Source: a virus (lineage: Duplodnaviria; Caudoviricetes). From it: a DNA stretch of 42,225 nt. This document shows, one piece after another, positions 1 through 8,967 of the stretch; position 1 is the first letter of the stretch; each line of letters begins with the position of its first letter. The position numbers were made by a program, and so were the translations under genes. The notes under the pieces are model-generated. The model saw only the letters and a list, made by a program, of their open reading frames with translations, had not been told where the DNA came from and did not search any database. The stretch spans positions 1-42,225 of the IMG/VR virus record IMGVR_UViG_3300020045_013646; one strand, written 5' to 3'.

Positions 1-145
1 TTTTTGAAGGAGTCAATGATTTTATCTAGACGTTCGGTTATGGGTAAAAAGATAAAAGCAACCATCAAACGAAAACTTCCAATGCCTAACAGAACAAGAA
101 AGCTCAGTTGCCACCAAGTCAGTTTTTCTAGAACCTCAAAAAATG

Positions 146-424
146 TCATACCGTCCTCCTAATACGTCGTTTGAGATATCTCAAATATAGACAAATATTG
201 TACCAAAACAACTGAAGAAAATTCTTATTGAATATACGCTCAATCCTTGCTAGGCTATATGGTTCATGACATGACCAGACGCCACCACCGACACCAATTT
301 TATCACTGATCCAAGATTTATCAACATGATCCACATAGAGATGTTTGGTCTTTACTTTTCTTGGGATATTCTGGCCGGACACATTAACTCCTCTACGATA
401 GCAGAAACGTCTTCGTTTAGTCAT
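146..424 (-). CDS. hypothetical protein
   Basis: ORF; start moved to MTKRR (424) downstream of an AGGAGA RBS. Confidence 0.55.
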   Translation of the reverse strand: MTKRRRFCYRRGVNVSGQNIPRKVKTKHLYVDHVDKSWISDKIGVGGGVWSCHEPYSLARIERIFNKNFLQLFWYNICLYLRYLKRRIRRTV

Positions 425-435
425 AAAATATCTCC

Positions 436-750
436 TTATAGTGTCGGATCCATTGACTCGCCACCATCTGGCATCCACACAAACTCAATAAGTGGTCTGT
501 GCTTTTGACAACTACAACAATAGGTTGACCCATAAAAATATGGGTCACGAGCATAAGTAGCGGCAATAGCATCATTCATTGTAGTTATACAGCCGCATGA
601 CAAATGCTTGTAACTTTTTCTAAATGGTTTGACATATCCCTTATCAATCTCTTCTTGTGTCATTACTAAATAGATTTTATTTTGTGATACTGGTTTTTCA
701 TCAAATCCATGCCCCAAATTAGGATCGTTTGGATCAGTTGTTAGACTCAT
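436..750 (-). CDS. conserved phage hypothetical protein, probable Zn-binding (HxxC...CxxC)
   Basis: 104 aa ORF with AAGGAG RBS; motifs HLSCG and CCSC. Confidence 0.7.
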   Translation of the reverse strand: MSLTTDPNDPNLGHGFDEKPVSQNKIYLVMTQEEIDKGYVKPFRKSYKHLSCGCITTMNDAIAATYARDPYFYGSTYCCSCQKHRPLIEFVWMPDGGESMDPTL

Positions 751-762
751 ATATTGTTCTCC

Positions 763-1446
763 TTAATCAATTGGTTGAGGTCTTGGTAAAGTTATCAAAT
801 ATCCTTCTCGAACGCGAATAACCTTGACTCCTTGCAGATCGGTCCAGCCATACTTACCATCTGTAAATTCGGCATCAATTCCAACCATCTCGTAGAAGTC
901 GGCAACGCTTGCCATACCATACTCCACAACTATATCAAAGAGACGAGAAAGAACATCCTCAGCCTCACCACGCACCGGGATAATAACATCATCAAAGTTA
1001 TGGCGAGCCCGATCTGATCTAGAAAGTTCTCTACGATTGCGATCTCTCGGATCACGAGTGTCTCTGGACTCTCTAGATATACCACCATAGTTGGTTATGG
1101 TTGTTCGACTACCATCTCTACGCAGAGTGCTGTTGGTGCCATAACCGGTTCCTCGACGACGCTCCCCGAAGAGCATCATGTCCAGACCGCCACCAATCAT
1201 CTCGCTGAGCATGGATTTAGCTGCTGGGATCAGGACATCATAGAGAATATACTGTCCTACGGACTTACTATCATCTGCAAGAAAGGTATCAGCAAATTTC
1301 TTACTCAAAGAGCGCTTCTGCCTTTTGACCTTTCCGTTGACAATCTTTTGTACCTTTGGGGCTTCGACCTTTTCCTCGGCCTTTTGTGTGTGACTGTTAG
1401 ATGGAAATTCTTTCTTGAAGACTTCCTTTTCAATGTTGTCGCCCAT
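763..1446 (-). CDS. conserved phage hypothetical protein
   Basis: 227 aa ORF with AGGAGG RBS; resembles early-region proteins of this siphovirus group (PSNSH, SVADFYEMVG, GWTDL). Confidence 0.8.
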   Translation of the reverse strand: MGDNIEKEVFKKEFPSNSHTQKAEEKVEAPKVQKIVNGKVKRQKRSLSKKFADTFLADDSKSVGQYILYDVLIPAAKSMLSEMIGGGLDMMLFGERRRGTGYGTNSTLRRDGSRTTITNYGGISRESRDTRDPRDRNRRELSRSDRARHNFDDVIIPVRGEAEDVLSRLFDIVVEYGMASVADFYEMVGIDAEFTDGKYGWTDLQGVKVIRVREGYLITLPRPQPID

Positions 1447-1458
1447 ATTGATTCCTCC

Positions 1459-1602
1459 TTATTTGTCTAAGACCACTTTCAAACCTATAATCATTAAAAA
1501 ACCAACAAAGATTAGTGGGACTACCACAAAGATATCCTGTAATATTTTATATACTAACGCAACCACTAAAAGAAAGAATAATCGTTTCCAGAACTCGTTC
1601 AT
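1459..1602 (-). CDS. small membrane protein (47 aa, not in ORF track)
   Basis: Manual translation MNEFWKRLFFLLVVALVYKILQDIFVVVPLIFVGFLMIIGLKVVLDK; GAAAGGAA RBS. Confidence 0.7.
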   Translation of the reverse strand: MNEFWKRLFFLLVVALVYKILQDIFVVVPLIFVGFLMIIGLKVVLDK

Positions 1603-1620
1603 TTTGGTAATTTTCCTTTC

Positions 1621-1650
1621 AAAAAAGAAAGAGGCTGTTACGCCTCTTTC
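1621..1650 (-). terminator. intrinsic terminator of cassette 1
   Basis: GAAAGAGGC-GTAACA-GCCTCTTTC followed by a T tract; ORF stop lies in the loop. Confidence 0.75.
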
Positions 1651-1943
1651 GGTGCCGCTTCTTCAGCGACTTTCTTCTTTTTTTCATCTTCTTTTATTTT
1701 ATTGATTTTACCTTTGATTGTCTTTCCAACATTCACTCCTCGATCAATGATATCTACGTATTCGTCGACAGCAACTTTTGCCAAGCCACCAATCATCAAC
1801 CAACTCACAACCTTATAACCCACTTTCAACGCTTTGTGTGTTACTTCGGGTGTTGCGTTTTTGACGATAGTGCTTGCAATTTGTTTTGCTCCTGCGCCTA
1901 CAATAAAACCACCAATCCATTTTGCTGCTGTTAATGCAAACAT
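1638..1943 (-). CDS. cassette 1 cargo, hypothetical 101 aa
   Basis: ORF directly downstream of the repeat motif and AGGAGG RBS. Confidence 0.8.
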   Translation of the reverse strand: MFALTAAKWIGGFIVGAGAKQIASTIVKNATPEVTHKALKVGYKVVSWLMIGGLAKVAVDEYVDIIDRGVNVGKTIKGKINKIKEDEKKKKVAEEAAPKEA

Positions 1944-1973
1944 CTTGATTTCCTCCTTATAATATAATAGTTT

Positions 1974-2001
1974 CTATTATAGGAGTTGTTTTCCAAGCGA
2001 G
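1974..2001 (-). promoter_or_regulatory. 28-bp cassette/promoter motif copy 1
   Basis: CTCGC-N14-CTATAATAG on the minus strand. Confidence 0.85.
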
Positions 2002-2064
2002 ACAAAAAGAAAAGGATACTAAATTTCTTTAATATCCTCTTCTTAGTGTCCTACTCATTTTGGA

Positions 2065-2247
2065 TTACACAATGACTTGTTCCACTGCTTCTTCAGTAGC
2101 ATCCATAGCCTGTTCAATCCCGGGGACTTCGCTCACTTTGCACTTGTATATTACTATACCAGCCAAAGTAACCACGATCATTCCACCGACGATTGTCACG
2201 ATTGCTTTTTTGTGCTTCTTGACGAATTCAACGATTTTCTTCAACAT
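2065..2247 (-). CDS. cassette 2 cargo, single-TM peptide
   Basis: 60 aa, KKHKK followed by a hydrophobic stretch; hairpin and T tract at ~2003-2044. Confidence 0.75.
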   Translation of the reverse strand: MLKKIVEFVKKHKKAIVTIVGGMIVVTLAGIVIYKCKVSEVPGIEQAMDATEEAVEQVIV

Positions 2248-2283
2248 TGTTTTGTTCTCCTTAATTTTAGTAGTGTTTCCACT

Positions 2284-2311
2284 CTATTATAGTAGTTGCA
2301 TTTTATGCGAG
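2284..2311 (-). promoter_or_regulatory. 28-bp motif copy 2
   Basis: CTCGCATAAAATGCAACTACTATAATAG. Confidence 0.85.
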
Positions 2312-2312
2312 G

Positions 2313-2570
2313 TCAGAGTCTTTTGTCTCTAGGGATACCATCCTGATATTTTTTACGAAGGAGTATACAACGCATTTTGACACCACAATAGGTACAGAGA
2401 GCATCTCCAGACAGGGGGGTGCAACGATTCATCAAGAAATATGCTTCCTGATCACGCTTTTCTAGGAGCTTTTCAGCCTTTGCCAGCTTCTCTTTCAGTT
2501 CCACAACATCACGTTGAGCTTGAGAGTCCATTTTTTCTTTGAGTTGTTCAAGACTGATCCCGTCTTTCAT
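2313..2570 (-). CDS. hypothetical coiled-coil/Cys protein
   Basis: 85 aa ORF, GGAGAAATCACC RBS. Confidence 0.65.
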   Translation of the reverse strand: MKDGISLEQLKEKMDSQAQRDVVELKEKLAKAEKLLEKRDQEAYFLMNRCTPLSGDALCTYCGVKMRCILLRKKYQDGIPRDKRL

Positions 2571-2787
2571 TGGTGATTTCTCCCTTCACAAACACTTTGT
2601 AGATGGTTCCTTGTTGTCTCCGATAGACACCAGAGAGCATCCAAGTTTCTTCGATGAGCATATGAAAATTCAGAGATTCTTTGACAATGGGTAATGGAAG
2701 TTCCTTAATCATTTTGATATTCATCTGAGTCATGATATCATCAGCTTCTTTTTTACTGGGCCCGACATAAATAACCACGGTTTCCAT
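2548..2787 (-). CDS. hypothetical protein
   Basis: Start moved to METVV, coupled to the upstream stop (TAATG). Confidence 0.6.
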   Translation of the reverse strand: METVVIYVGPSKKEADDIMTQMNIKMIKELPLPIVKESLNFHMLIEETWMLSGVYRRQQGTIYKVFVKGEITNERRDQS

Positions 2788-3092
2788 TATTTTGTCACCT
2801 TCAGACCTTTGATCTCGTGCTCCCAGAACTTGGCAAAACCATCTTCCTTCAGGACGGACATTCCATGCTTTTTCTGGAGGATACGTACTAAGCAGTTCCA
2901 TTTGTCATTTTGTTCTTTGATGATGGAAATCAGTCCGGCATCTTCCTTGACATGACGAATCTCAGCAAGCTTTTTTGTTTCATCACAGAATTTAAAGAAT
3001 ATAGTTTTACAGACCTCTGTAGCTTCCTCCGAAGATATCAATGGCTGACACAGTTTGGTTCGGTAAGTATCAAAATAATCAATAGCTTTCAT
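2787..3092 (-). CDS. hypothetical protein
   Basis: 101 aa ORF, AAGGAGAAATCACC RBS. Confidence 0.7.
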   Translation of the reverse strand: MKAIDYFDTYRTKLCQPLISSEEATEVCKTIFFKFCDETKKLAEIRHVKEDAGLISIIKEQNDKWNCLVRILQKKHGMSVLKEDGFAKFWEHEIKGLKVTK

Positions 3093-3108
3093 TTTGGTGA
3101 TTTCTCCT

Positions 3109-3651
3109 TTACTTATAGTTGGCTCTTGTTACGTTTGTATTATTCTTACCAGCGCAGAAGAATATGTGTGATTTTGGTATGACTTGGACCTTTGGATCAT
3201 AGTTATCGTAGGCTTGACACCATTCCCTTATTTTTTCAATAGCGATTTTAGATGGTTTGGATGTTCGGTTCCTAGACATAGGAGTAAATTGATTCTTTTG
3301 TAAAACAACCCCTTGAACAGTGTCTGGATAATACTTATTAGTACTTCTTTGGCGATTCATTACAACACAGAGGACTTTACTCATTTCTAAGTAATATGGC
3401 TTGTTAGAAGTAACCCGTCCGACAAAGTCATATTCGCCATCACCATCTTTTTTCTCGTCGCCACATAGAAGTTGGGCTAATAGATAAATATCTTTCTCGG
3501 TAAATCCATATTGTTTATTAATAGTTCCTTGGATATTTGATTTGGCCATAGCCGTGACTTGATCCTTACCACTCATCGTCTGCAATTCAAATATGATGAG
3601 TACACAAATAATCGTCATAAGGACCAACATCACTCTTTTGGTTAATTTCAC
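3109..3651 (-). CDS. cell wall hydrolase, SleB/CwlJ (Hydrolase_2)-like, N-terminal TM/signal
   Basis: DIYLLAQL...VVMNR...YPDTVQGVVLQKNQF pattern typical of SleB-like domains. Confidence 0.7.
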   Translation of the reverse strand: MKLTKRVMLVLMTIICVLIIFELQTMSGKDQVTAMAKSNIQGTINKQYGFTEKDIYLLAQLLCGDEKKDGDGEYDFVGRVTSNKPYYLEMSKVLCVVMNRQRSTNKYYPDTVQGVVLQKNQFTPMSRNRTSKPSKIAIEKIREWCQAYDNYDPKVQVIPKSHIFFCAGKNNTNVTRANYK

Positions 3652-4007
3652 GTCTTCACCTCTTTTTTAATCATCCATGTATTTATTAAACTTACTGGGT
3701 TAAATGCCTCCCCATCAATTTCTTCCGGATCAAATTCCGAATACCACCAATTGATTGAGCTGGTAATAGCTAGTCTCTCGGCATAATTGAGCTTGGCTAG
3801 AAGCACGAGAAGTCTTTTTTCAGCCTCAAGGGCCTCTCCGGATAAAATAGGATTCTCATGTATAAGCTCCCAACAATACTGCAGATGCCCACTTTCACAA
3901 TTATTATCGTCGAGAACAAGATGTAGATCCCCACCAACACTACCTTTGTCAGACTCATAAATTACCTTGATTAACTGAAGAGCAATTTTAAACTCAGTAA
4001 GAGTCAT
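3648..4007 (-). CDS. hypothetical protein
   Basis: ORF with GGDLHLVLDDNN motif; start probably MTLTE. Confidence 0.65.
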   Translation of the reverse strand: MTLTEFKIALQLIKVIYESDKGSVGGDLHLVLDDNNCESGHLQYCWELIHENPILSGEALEAEKRLLVLLAKLNYAERLAITSSINWWYSEFDPEEIDGEAFNPVSLINTWMIKKEVKT

Positions 4008-4008
4008 C

Positions 4009-4365
4009 TTATACCTTCTTTCTCGATCGAGCATGTGTTACTGGAGGAAGGCCCCTTCGAAGTCTCCACATTCTAGCAGTACTCTTAGACACCTGATGGG
4101 CCTTAGCAATATCCTCATCTCTAGATCCAGTTTTATACATTATCAACGCTTTTTCATCGTCAATTATTCCCTCTTCTGAGAGTCTTGGATAATGCTTATT
4201 TTTTGGCACAGCAACCCCAAGAATCTCCGCAATTTTTTCTTTGGTACAACAATTAAACTCGGATAAGATCTTAATTCGGTTATCGTCCTGCTCCATTCGA
4301 TAGTTATACCTAAATATGATCTCCTCGTTTGTCATGAACATTGCTGTCTGTTTCCATCCTTTCAA
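4009..4365 (-). CDS. putative HTH DNA-binding protein
   Basis: MYKTGSRDEDIAKAHQVSKSTARMWRLRRGLP is HTH-like; start uncertain. Confidence 0.6.
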   Translation of the reverse strand: MKGWKQTAMFMTNEEIIFRYNYRMEQDDNRIKILSEFNCCTKEKIAEILGVAVPKNKHYPRLSEEGIIDDEKALIMYKTGSRDEDIAKAHQVSKSTARMWRLRRGLPPVTHARSRKKV

Positions 4366-4600
4366 TCTCTTTAATACACCACTTTACGGCTTCAAATACG
4401 AGTTTTTCATATGGATGTGCCATAAGATCATGCATGGATATTTTCTGCTGAGCATGAAGAGAGCCCTTACTAATGGTAATTGAATATCCACCTTCATAAG
4501 TGTCATCCGTTATGGTTGCTTCATATTGAATGCCTATAAGAGCTCGAATATCAGCTCTCAGTTTCATCGCAGCTTCACTCATGTAAAAAATATTAGCCAT
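4310..4600 (-). CDS. hypothetical protein
   Basis: Start MANIF after AGGAGG. Confidence 0.6.
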   Translation of the reverse strand: MANIFYMSEAAMKLRADIRALIGIQYEATITDDTYEGGYSITISKGSLHAQQKISMHDLMAHPYEKLVFEAVKWCIKEIERMETDSNVHDKRGDHI

Positions 4601-4610
4601 TTGGACCTCC

Positions 4611-5417
4611 TTACTGATTATGCCTCGGTACAACCTCATAGTTAAGGACCAAACATGGCTCATCCGTATCAGTCAATTGAGCGCTAAAAGAGACATCAAT
4701 TAAGGCCTTATCAATATTCCAACCCATATCATCACCAAGTCGGATATTACTCAGGCCAAGTTCGCTGTAGAACTCATTGAGACTGATAAACATTTCGCTC
4801 ATCAGATCCCGATTTAGCTTATTTTGAATACGACGAACCTTTTCGATGTCTGTTTTGAAGTATCGACCACTCATGCTGTCATAACAAAGAGTTTCCCCTT
4901 TGCCGGTAAATATGACCTCCGCATCTCCAACAGGATGTTGTCGAATATGGTCACCAGAGATATCATCCCTTACCTTTAGCTCTTTGTTCTTACCAATGGT
5001 CTCTACAACCTTGGCTTGGTACTCCTTAAGTGTGCTTTCGGTCAGAGAATATAGACTGGCAAGGGCTGCATTACGTCTCATATGAATACTGTTTGCGCCA
5101 ATGACACAGCCGATTGTGAGAAGACCCATACCAATAGTCGGAAGATAGCACTTCCAGGTGAGTTTGACGATCTCTCTCTTTGTCAACGGAGTAGCAAGGT
5201 CTTCTTTCCAATCCTCAAACGTATATCCAGCATGAGTTTGATCCTCACAAAATCGATGTAGATATTCTTTATCCATCACCGATAAAGCCTTCGGAGTAGC
5301 CTTAACGCCCAGAATTGTGGTCGTAACAACCCCTGTAGCAGCCAACCCAGTGAGTATAACCGTACTATTGTCCGTAATCTCTCGCGCTATTGTCTTGAGA
5401 ACAGCAGAAACACTCAT
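4611..5417 (-). CDS. DUF6353-like conserved phage protein
   Basis: ILTGLAATGVVTT..KATPKA, CYDSMSGRYF, ISLNEFY, GDDMGWN motifs. Confidence 0.75.
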   Translation of the reverse strand: MSVSAVLKTIAREITDNSTVILTGLAATGVVTTTILGVKATPKALSVMDKEYLHRFCEDQTHAGYTFEDWKEDLATPLTKREIVKLTWKCYLPTIGMGLLTIGCVIGANSIHMRRNAALASLYSLTESTLKEYQAKVVETIGKNKELKVRDDISGDHIRQHPVGDAEVIFTGKGETLCYDSMSGRYFKTDIEKVRRIQNKLNRDLMSEMFISLNEFYSELGLSNIRLGDDMGWNIDKALIDVSFSAQLTDTDEPCLVLNYEVVPRHNQ

Positions 5418-5421
5418 AAAA

Positions 5422-5568
5422 TCACCCCTTAATGATGTTTGTTAGAAAACTAATGATCTGTTTCCAGAAGGCCAATATAATACCAACGACTGATAACAAT
5501 AGCAAACTAAGAAATATCATAGATATAATATCCATAACCAAATTAAGTCTCGTCAAATCCAGCATCAT
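5422..5568 (-). CDS. small membrane peptide (48 aa, not in ORF track)
   Basis: MMLDLTRLNLVMDIISMIFLSLLLLSVVGIILAFWKQ..., AAGGAG RBS. Confidence 0.65.
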   Translation of the reverse strand: MMLDLTRLNLVMDIISMIFLSLLLLSVVGIILAFWKQIISFLTNIIKG

Positions 5569-5576
5569 ATATCTCC

Positions 5577-6818
5577 TTATTCTGTCAATTCATCACGTCC
5601 GCACCGGGTACAGTAGAGCTTTCTTGTCTTATTAGAGGCCACAACTTCTGTCTCATGACCACATACAGGACAAAATTGCGGATATGTCTCTGTCCATGAT
5701 CTGGTTAGGTTCTCCTTGACCTCCGGGATAATCTTGTTAGCTTTGTAGATCTCGAGAGTATCTCCAATACCAATTTGCAGATCCTCAAAGCACTTCAGTG
5801 TATGGAGGTTAGCCTGTCTTACCGTAGTTCCTTCCAGTTCTGTCGGTTCAACAATGACCACCGGGGTAATTAATCCGGTTGGACTAACGCTCCACTTCAT
5901 TCCTGTAACTTTTGTGAGCTTGGAAATATCCGGCCATTTAAAGGCCATTGTATCTCTCGGATAACGAAGAGTTTTACCAAGAGATGCCCCATGATCAATA
6001 TTGTTCATCGTCAATACTAGCCCATCAACCGGATACTCATAGGTTGGGAGGTCGGAAGTAAATCGTTCAATCTCCTGTTGCAGAAAATAGTTGGCGACTT
6101 TAACATAAGGTACCACATCAAACCCGAGATCTTCCAAATATCGCAACTGCTCATCCTTAGTCTTCAGATTGCGTCCGTACCCGTTAATCATCATTACTGA
6201 GTGGGCAACAAACGTCAAACGGCCAATAATTACCGGTTTGGCACTATTACTGTTGATGAGTCCAGCGGCTAAGTTACGAGGATTACGATATCTTTCTCCT
6301 TCTGGGGTCTGTTTGAGCGCCTCGAAATCATCAATTCCCATGCATCCTTCGCCTCGAACGATCAGATCATTTTGGAGACTAATAGTCTGTGGAACAGCAC
6401 TCATTAGAAGAACATTCTCTGTAATATCTCGTCCGTACACACCATCTCCACGACTAACAGCATGGTTCAGCATTCCCTCTCGATAATAAAGAACAATTGA
6501 GACACCATCAAGTTTCCAGGAAAGGAGGCCTTCCTCTTCGCCCAAGAAATATAACAAGTCAGCAACATTCTTCGTATCTTTGAGTGACAAAATAGGGAAT
6601 GGGTGCTTTATTTTATCCCCACTTTCTTCAAAACCAATCCTGTTCGTTGGTGAATTTTCAAGATGATATCCAGCAGCCTCTTCCAAATTTCTCAGTTCTT
6701 CCAAATATAAATCATATTGCTTATCTGTGAGAGATGACTCAGTACTGCCACTATAATAAGCTTTAGCAGCATCATTCAGGAATGAGACGAGTTTCTGCAT
6801 TCTTTCATCAATTGTCAT
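5577..6818 (-). CDS. ligA: NAD+-dependent DNA ligase, C-terminally short
   Basis: Domain Ia (YY...LTDKQYD), motif I KLDG, SRGDG, VRGE, RNLAAG, DGLV, OB fold, CPVC..CTRC Zn finger. Confidence 0.9.
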   Translation of the reverse strand: MTIDERMQKLVSFLNDAAKAYYSGSTESSLTDKQYDLYLEELRNLEEAAGYHLENSPTNRIGFEESGDKIKHPFPILSLKDTKNVADLLYFLGEEEGLLSWKLDGVSIVLYYREGMLNHAVSRGDGVYGRDITENVLLMSAVPQTISLQNDLIVRGEGCMGIDDFEALKQTPEGERYRNPRNLAAGLINSNSAKPVIIGRLTFVAHSVMMINGYGRNLKTKDEQLRYLEDLGFDVVPYVKVANYFLQQEIERFTSDLPTYEYPVDGLVLTMNNIDHGASLGKTLRYPRDTMAFKWPDISKLTKVTGMKWSVSPTGLITPVVIVEPTELEGTTVRQANLHTLKCFEDLQIGIGDTLEIYKANKIIPEVKENLTRSWTETYPQFCPVCGHETEVVASNKTRKLYCTRCGRDELTE

Positions 6819-6848
6819 ATGGCTTTCCTCCTTTCTTGAGGTGTTTGA

Positions 6849-6877
6849 AAAAGAGAAAAGAGCTTATTTAGCTCTTT
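6849..6877 (-). terminator. terminator of cassette 3
   Basis: AAAGAGC-TAAATAA-GCTCTTT followed by TCTCTTTT. Confidence 0.75.
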
Positions 6878-6957
6878 CCAGTTTTTGAATCGTTCTGTTT
6901 GATTTGGCAAAGTTTACAAGTTTCATAATTAGCCCACGGGCAATTATTACATGTCAT
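6868..6957 (-). CDS. cassette 3 cargo, 29-aa CxxC/CxxC micro-peptide
   Basis: MTCNNCPWANYETCKLCQIKQNDSKTGKS with AGGAGG RBS, between motif and terminator. Confidence 0.7.
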   Translation of the reverse strand: MTCNNCPWANYETCKLCQIKQNDSKTGKS

Positions 6958-6987
6958 TTTCTTTTCCTCCTTTTAATAGATATGATT

Positions 6988-7015
6988 CTATTATAGGAGT
7001 TGTTTTCGGCGCGAC
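6988..7015 (-). promoter_or_regulatory. 28-bp motif copy 3
   Basis: GTCGCGCCGAAAACAACTCCTATAATAG. Confidence 0.85.
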
Positions 7016-7121
7016 TTAATATCCTCTGATTACAATAAGTCCATACATAAGAAGAAATATAACAGCAACTAAACCAAGCATAATCCAGCAGAATCTCATT
7101 TCCTCAGGATCTAGACCAATC

Positions 7122-7340
7122 TCATTCTTTTTCGGTCTCTGGCTCAGGAGTTTCATCTTCTTTCTCCTTTTCTCTATTCTCTTGATTATCCTTCATGACG
7201 GTGCCAACAAATTCAATTTCTTTCTGAACAACAAACAACCCGCCCTTGATAAACCCAAAGAAATAAACCATTTTGGTGTAGGCATAAACGCCAGTCGCAA
7301 TACCGGCAATAGTCAGAGCCATTTTAACGTTCTTGTCCAT
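7122..7340 (-). CDS. small membrane protein
   Basis: 72 aa, hydrophobic N-terminus, acidic tail, AAGGAG RBS. Confidence 0.65.
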   Translation of the reverse strand: MDKNVKMALTIAGIATGVYAYTKMVYFFGFIKGGLFVVQKEIEFVGTVMKDNQENREKEKEDETPEPETEKE

Positions 7341-7785
7341 TTTGTATCTCCTTTAGTTCTCGAATACAGTCATCAATGTGCTCGCCAACAAGCTTTTTAA
7401 AAAAGTCTTCATCTCGTCCAAAAGCTAAGTCTTTTTGGGTAATAAGTCTCTGCCGAGCAATATTTAGAATTCGATCCCGAACAAAAATGGTATAAATTCC
7501 AGTAGAAGGATCAAGTGTCACCTCAATGTGATACCGTCCGAGATTTTCTTCTTTTTCTAATAAAGGTGCTGAAATTTCCATCGGCGGTCTCCTTTTAGCA
7601 TTACCTCTTCCAAAGTAGTAGAAGTGGGCAAAAGCGTCCATTTGATCATCATGATTTACTTTTCGAGTTTGATGATACTCCCGCAATTTGGACAGGATCT
7701 CGCGTTGCCATGAATCCATCCGCAGATTTGGCACCTTGGAGTTTTGTATGACCTTATCAACAAAAGCTTCAAATTTTTCATCCAT
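7324..7785 (-). CDS. hypothetical protein
   Basis: 153 aa ORF with AAAGGAG RBS. Confidence 0.65.
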   Translation of the reverse strand: MDEKFEAFVDKVIQNSKVPNLRMDSWQREILSKLREYHQTRKVNHDDQMDAFAHFYYFGRGNAKRRPPMEISAPLLEKEENLGRYHIEVTLDPSTGIYTIFVRDRILNIARQRLITQKDLAFGRDEDFFKKLVGEHIDDCIRELKEIQNGQER

Positions 7786-7796
7786 TTATGTCTCCT

Positions 7797-8084
7797 TTAC
7801 CATGTTTGATAGGGTTTACGAGGATAAACTGCAAAATATGCCTCATCGATTGCATCCTTTGCTTCTCGAAGACCTAATCCAGAAACTTCACGATACATTT
7901 TAATTGCAGCAATTCGATCATTTCCACATTTTTCAACGATCGTTTCAGGAGTCGGATATGATAAGAAGATGTCAGCTATCTCTTGAAAAGACATTGGCTC
8001 TCTTCTCGAGAAATCCTGATTTTGATGACCGCAATTATGACAGAACTTACCAATCAGGGTCGTTGTGCAATTCATACATTTCAT
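7797..8084 (-). CDS. Zn ribbon plus ribosomal L7/L12 C-terminal-like domain protein
   Basis: CMNC..CHNC followed by RIAAIKMYREVSGLGLREAKDAID. Confidence 0.7.
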   Translation of the reverse strand: MKCMNCTTTLIGKFCHNCGHQNQDFSRREPMSFQEIADIFLSYPTPETIVEKCGNDRIAAIKMYREVSGLGLREAKDAIDEAYFAVYPRKPYQTW

Positions 8085-8087
8085 ATT

Positions 8088-8315
8088 TTATCTCTCCTTC
8101 GCTAATCTTAAATCATCGATCGGAATCCAACGTTCGGTTACTCCTGGGCCATACTTTCGAGAATCAAAGTAATCACGATAATTTATAAGTTGAACCCGTA
8201 CTGGCAAGTATGCATTGGTCTCAGAAGACTCAATAACAGTACACATTTTACCATAATCAGAGCCCTTTTCGACTAGAATTACTCGGTCTCCAACTTTAAA
8301 ACCTACGTCAAACAT
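8088..8315 (-). CDS. hypothetical KOW/SH3-like protein
   Basis: FKVGDRVIL...; start MFDVG after AGGAGAAATCACC. Confidence 0.6.
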   Translation of the reverse strand: MFDVGFKVGDRVILVEKGSDYGKMCTVIESSETNAYLPVRVQLINYRDYFDSRKYGPGVTERWIPIDDLRLAKER

Positions 8316-8358
8316 GGTGATTTCTCCTATCATTTTGGTGGTGAATTAGTTCTCTCTT

Positions 8359-8583
8359 TCAGTCAATGGTTTTTAATGGGCACCAGTCTGGTTTTAAATA
8401 AAGACTATTTTGACTAGCAAAATCAAGTTGACCAAAGTATGGATCTTCTTTTGGTCGATTTGGATGAGTACAATAACAAGAGCCATCATTATCATCCTCA
8501 TAGAAGAATGGGCAAGTTTCTCCATATTTTGAACATACTGTAATTGGTTCGTCCATCGTAAAGATATAAGTTTGCTTAGCCAT
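8359..8583 (-). CDS. Cys-rich hypothetical protein
   Basis: Start MAKQ after AGGAGG; CPF..C..PDWCPL. Confidence 0.65.
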   Translation of the reverse strand: MAKQTYIFTMDEPITVCSKYGETCPFFYEDDNDGSCYCTHPNRPKEDPYFGQLDFASQNSLYLKPDWCPLKTID

Positions 8584-8773
8584 TTTGGGCCTCCTTAGCT
8601 TTCCGATTCTTACGCATCTCAAAACCCATCCATACCATAACTCCAGCTCCAACAAGTAACATACCCCCGCCAATAATCAAATATGGCTTAGCTAGTTCCT
8701 TGGCCAGAATCAAAGGATTATCCTGAATTAGAGTTTGTAGCCCTTCATCACTTGTTACCCAACTATCTTCCAT
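8576..8773 (-). CDS. small membrane protein
   Basis: Start MEDS; one TM segment. Confidence 0.6.
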   Translation of the reverse strand: MEDSWVTSDEGLQTLIQDNPLILAKELAKPYLIIGGGMLLVGAGVMVWMGFEMRKNRKAKEAQNG

Positions 8774-8963
8774 TTTGATTCCTCTCTTCCGCTTTAATAC
8801 CTCTACATAATATAGCGGCATCATCAAATGCTTGTTTCGGTGTGTCAAAAGCTACTGATTTGATATTCCAATAGAACTTACCATTACGGGCATAGATGCT
8901 AACTGTCTGTCCTGAGATCACGTCCGAACGAGTCTTAAATATGACTTTTTTGCCATCTGACAT
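8763..8963 (-). CDS. hypothetical protein
   Basis: 66 aa, GGAGG RBS. Confidence 0.6.
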   Translation of the reverse strand: MSDGKKVIFKTRSDVISGQTVSIYARNGKFYWNIKSVAFDTPKQAFDDAAILCRGIKAEERNQNGR

Positions 8964-8967
8964 GCTG

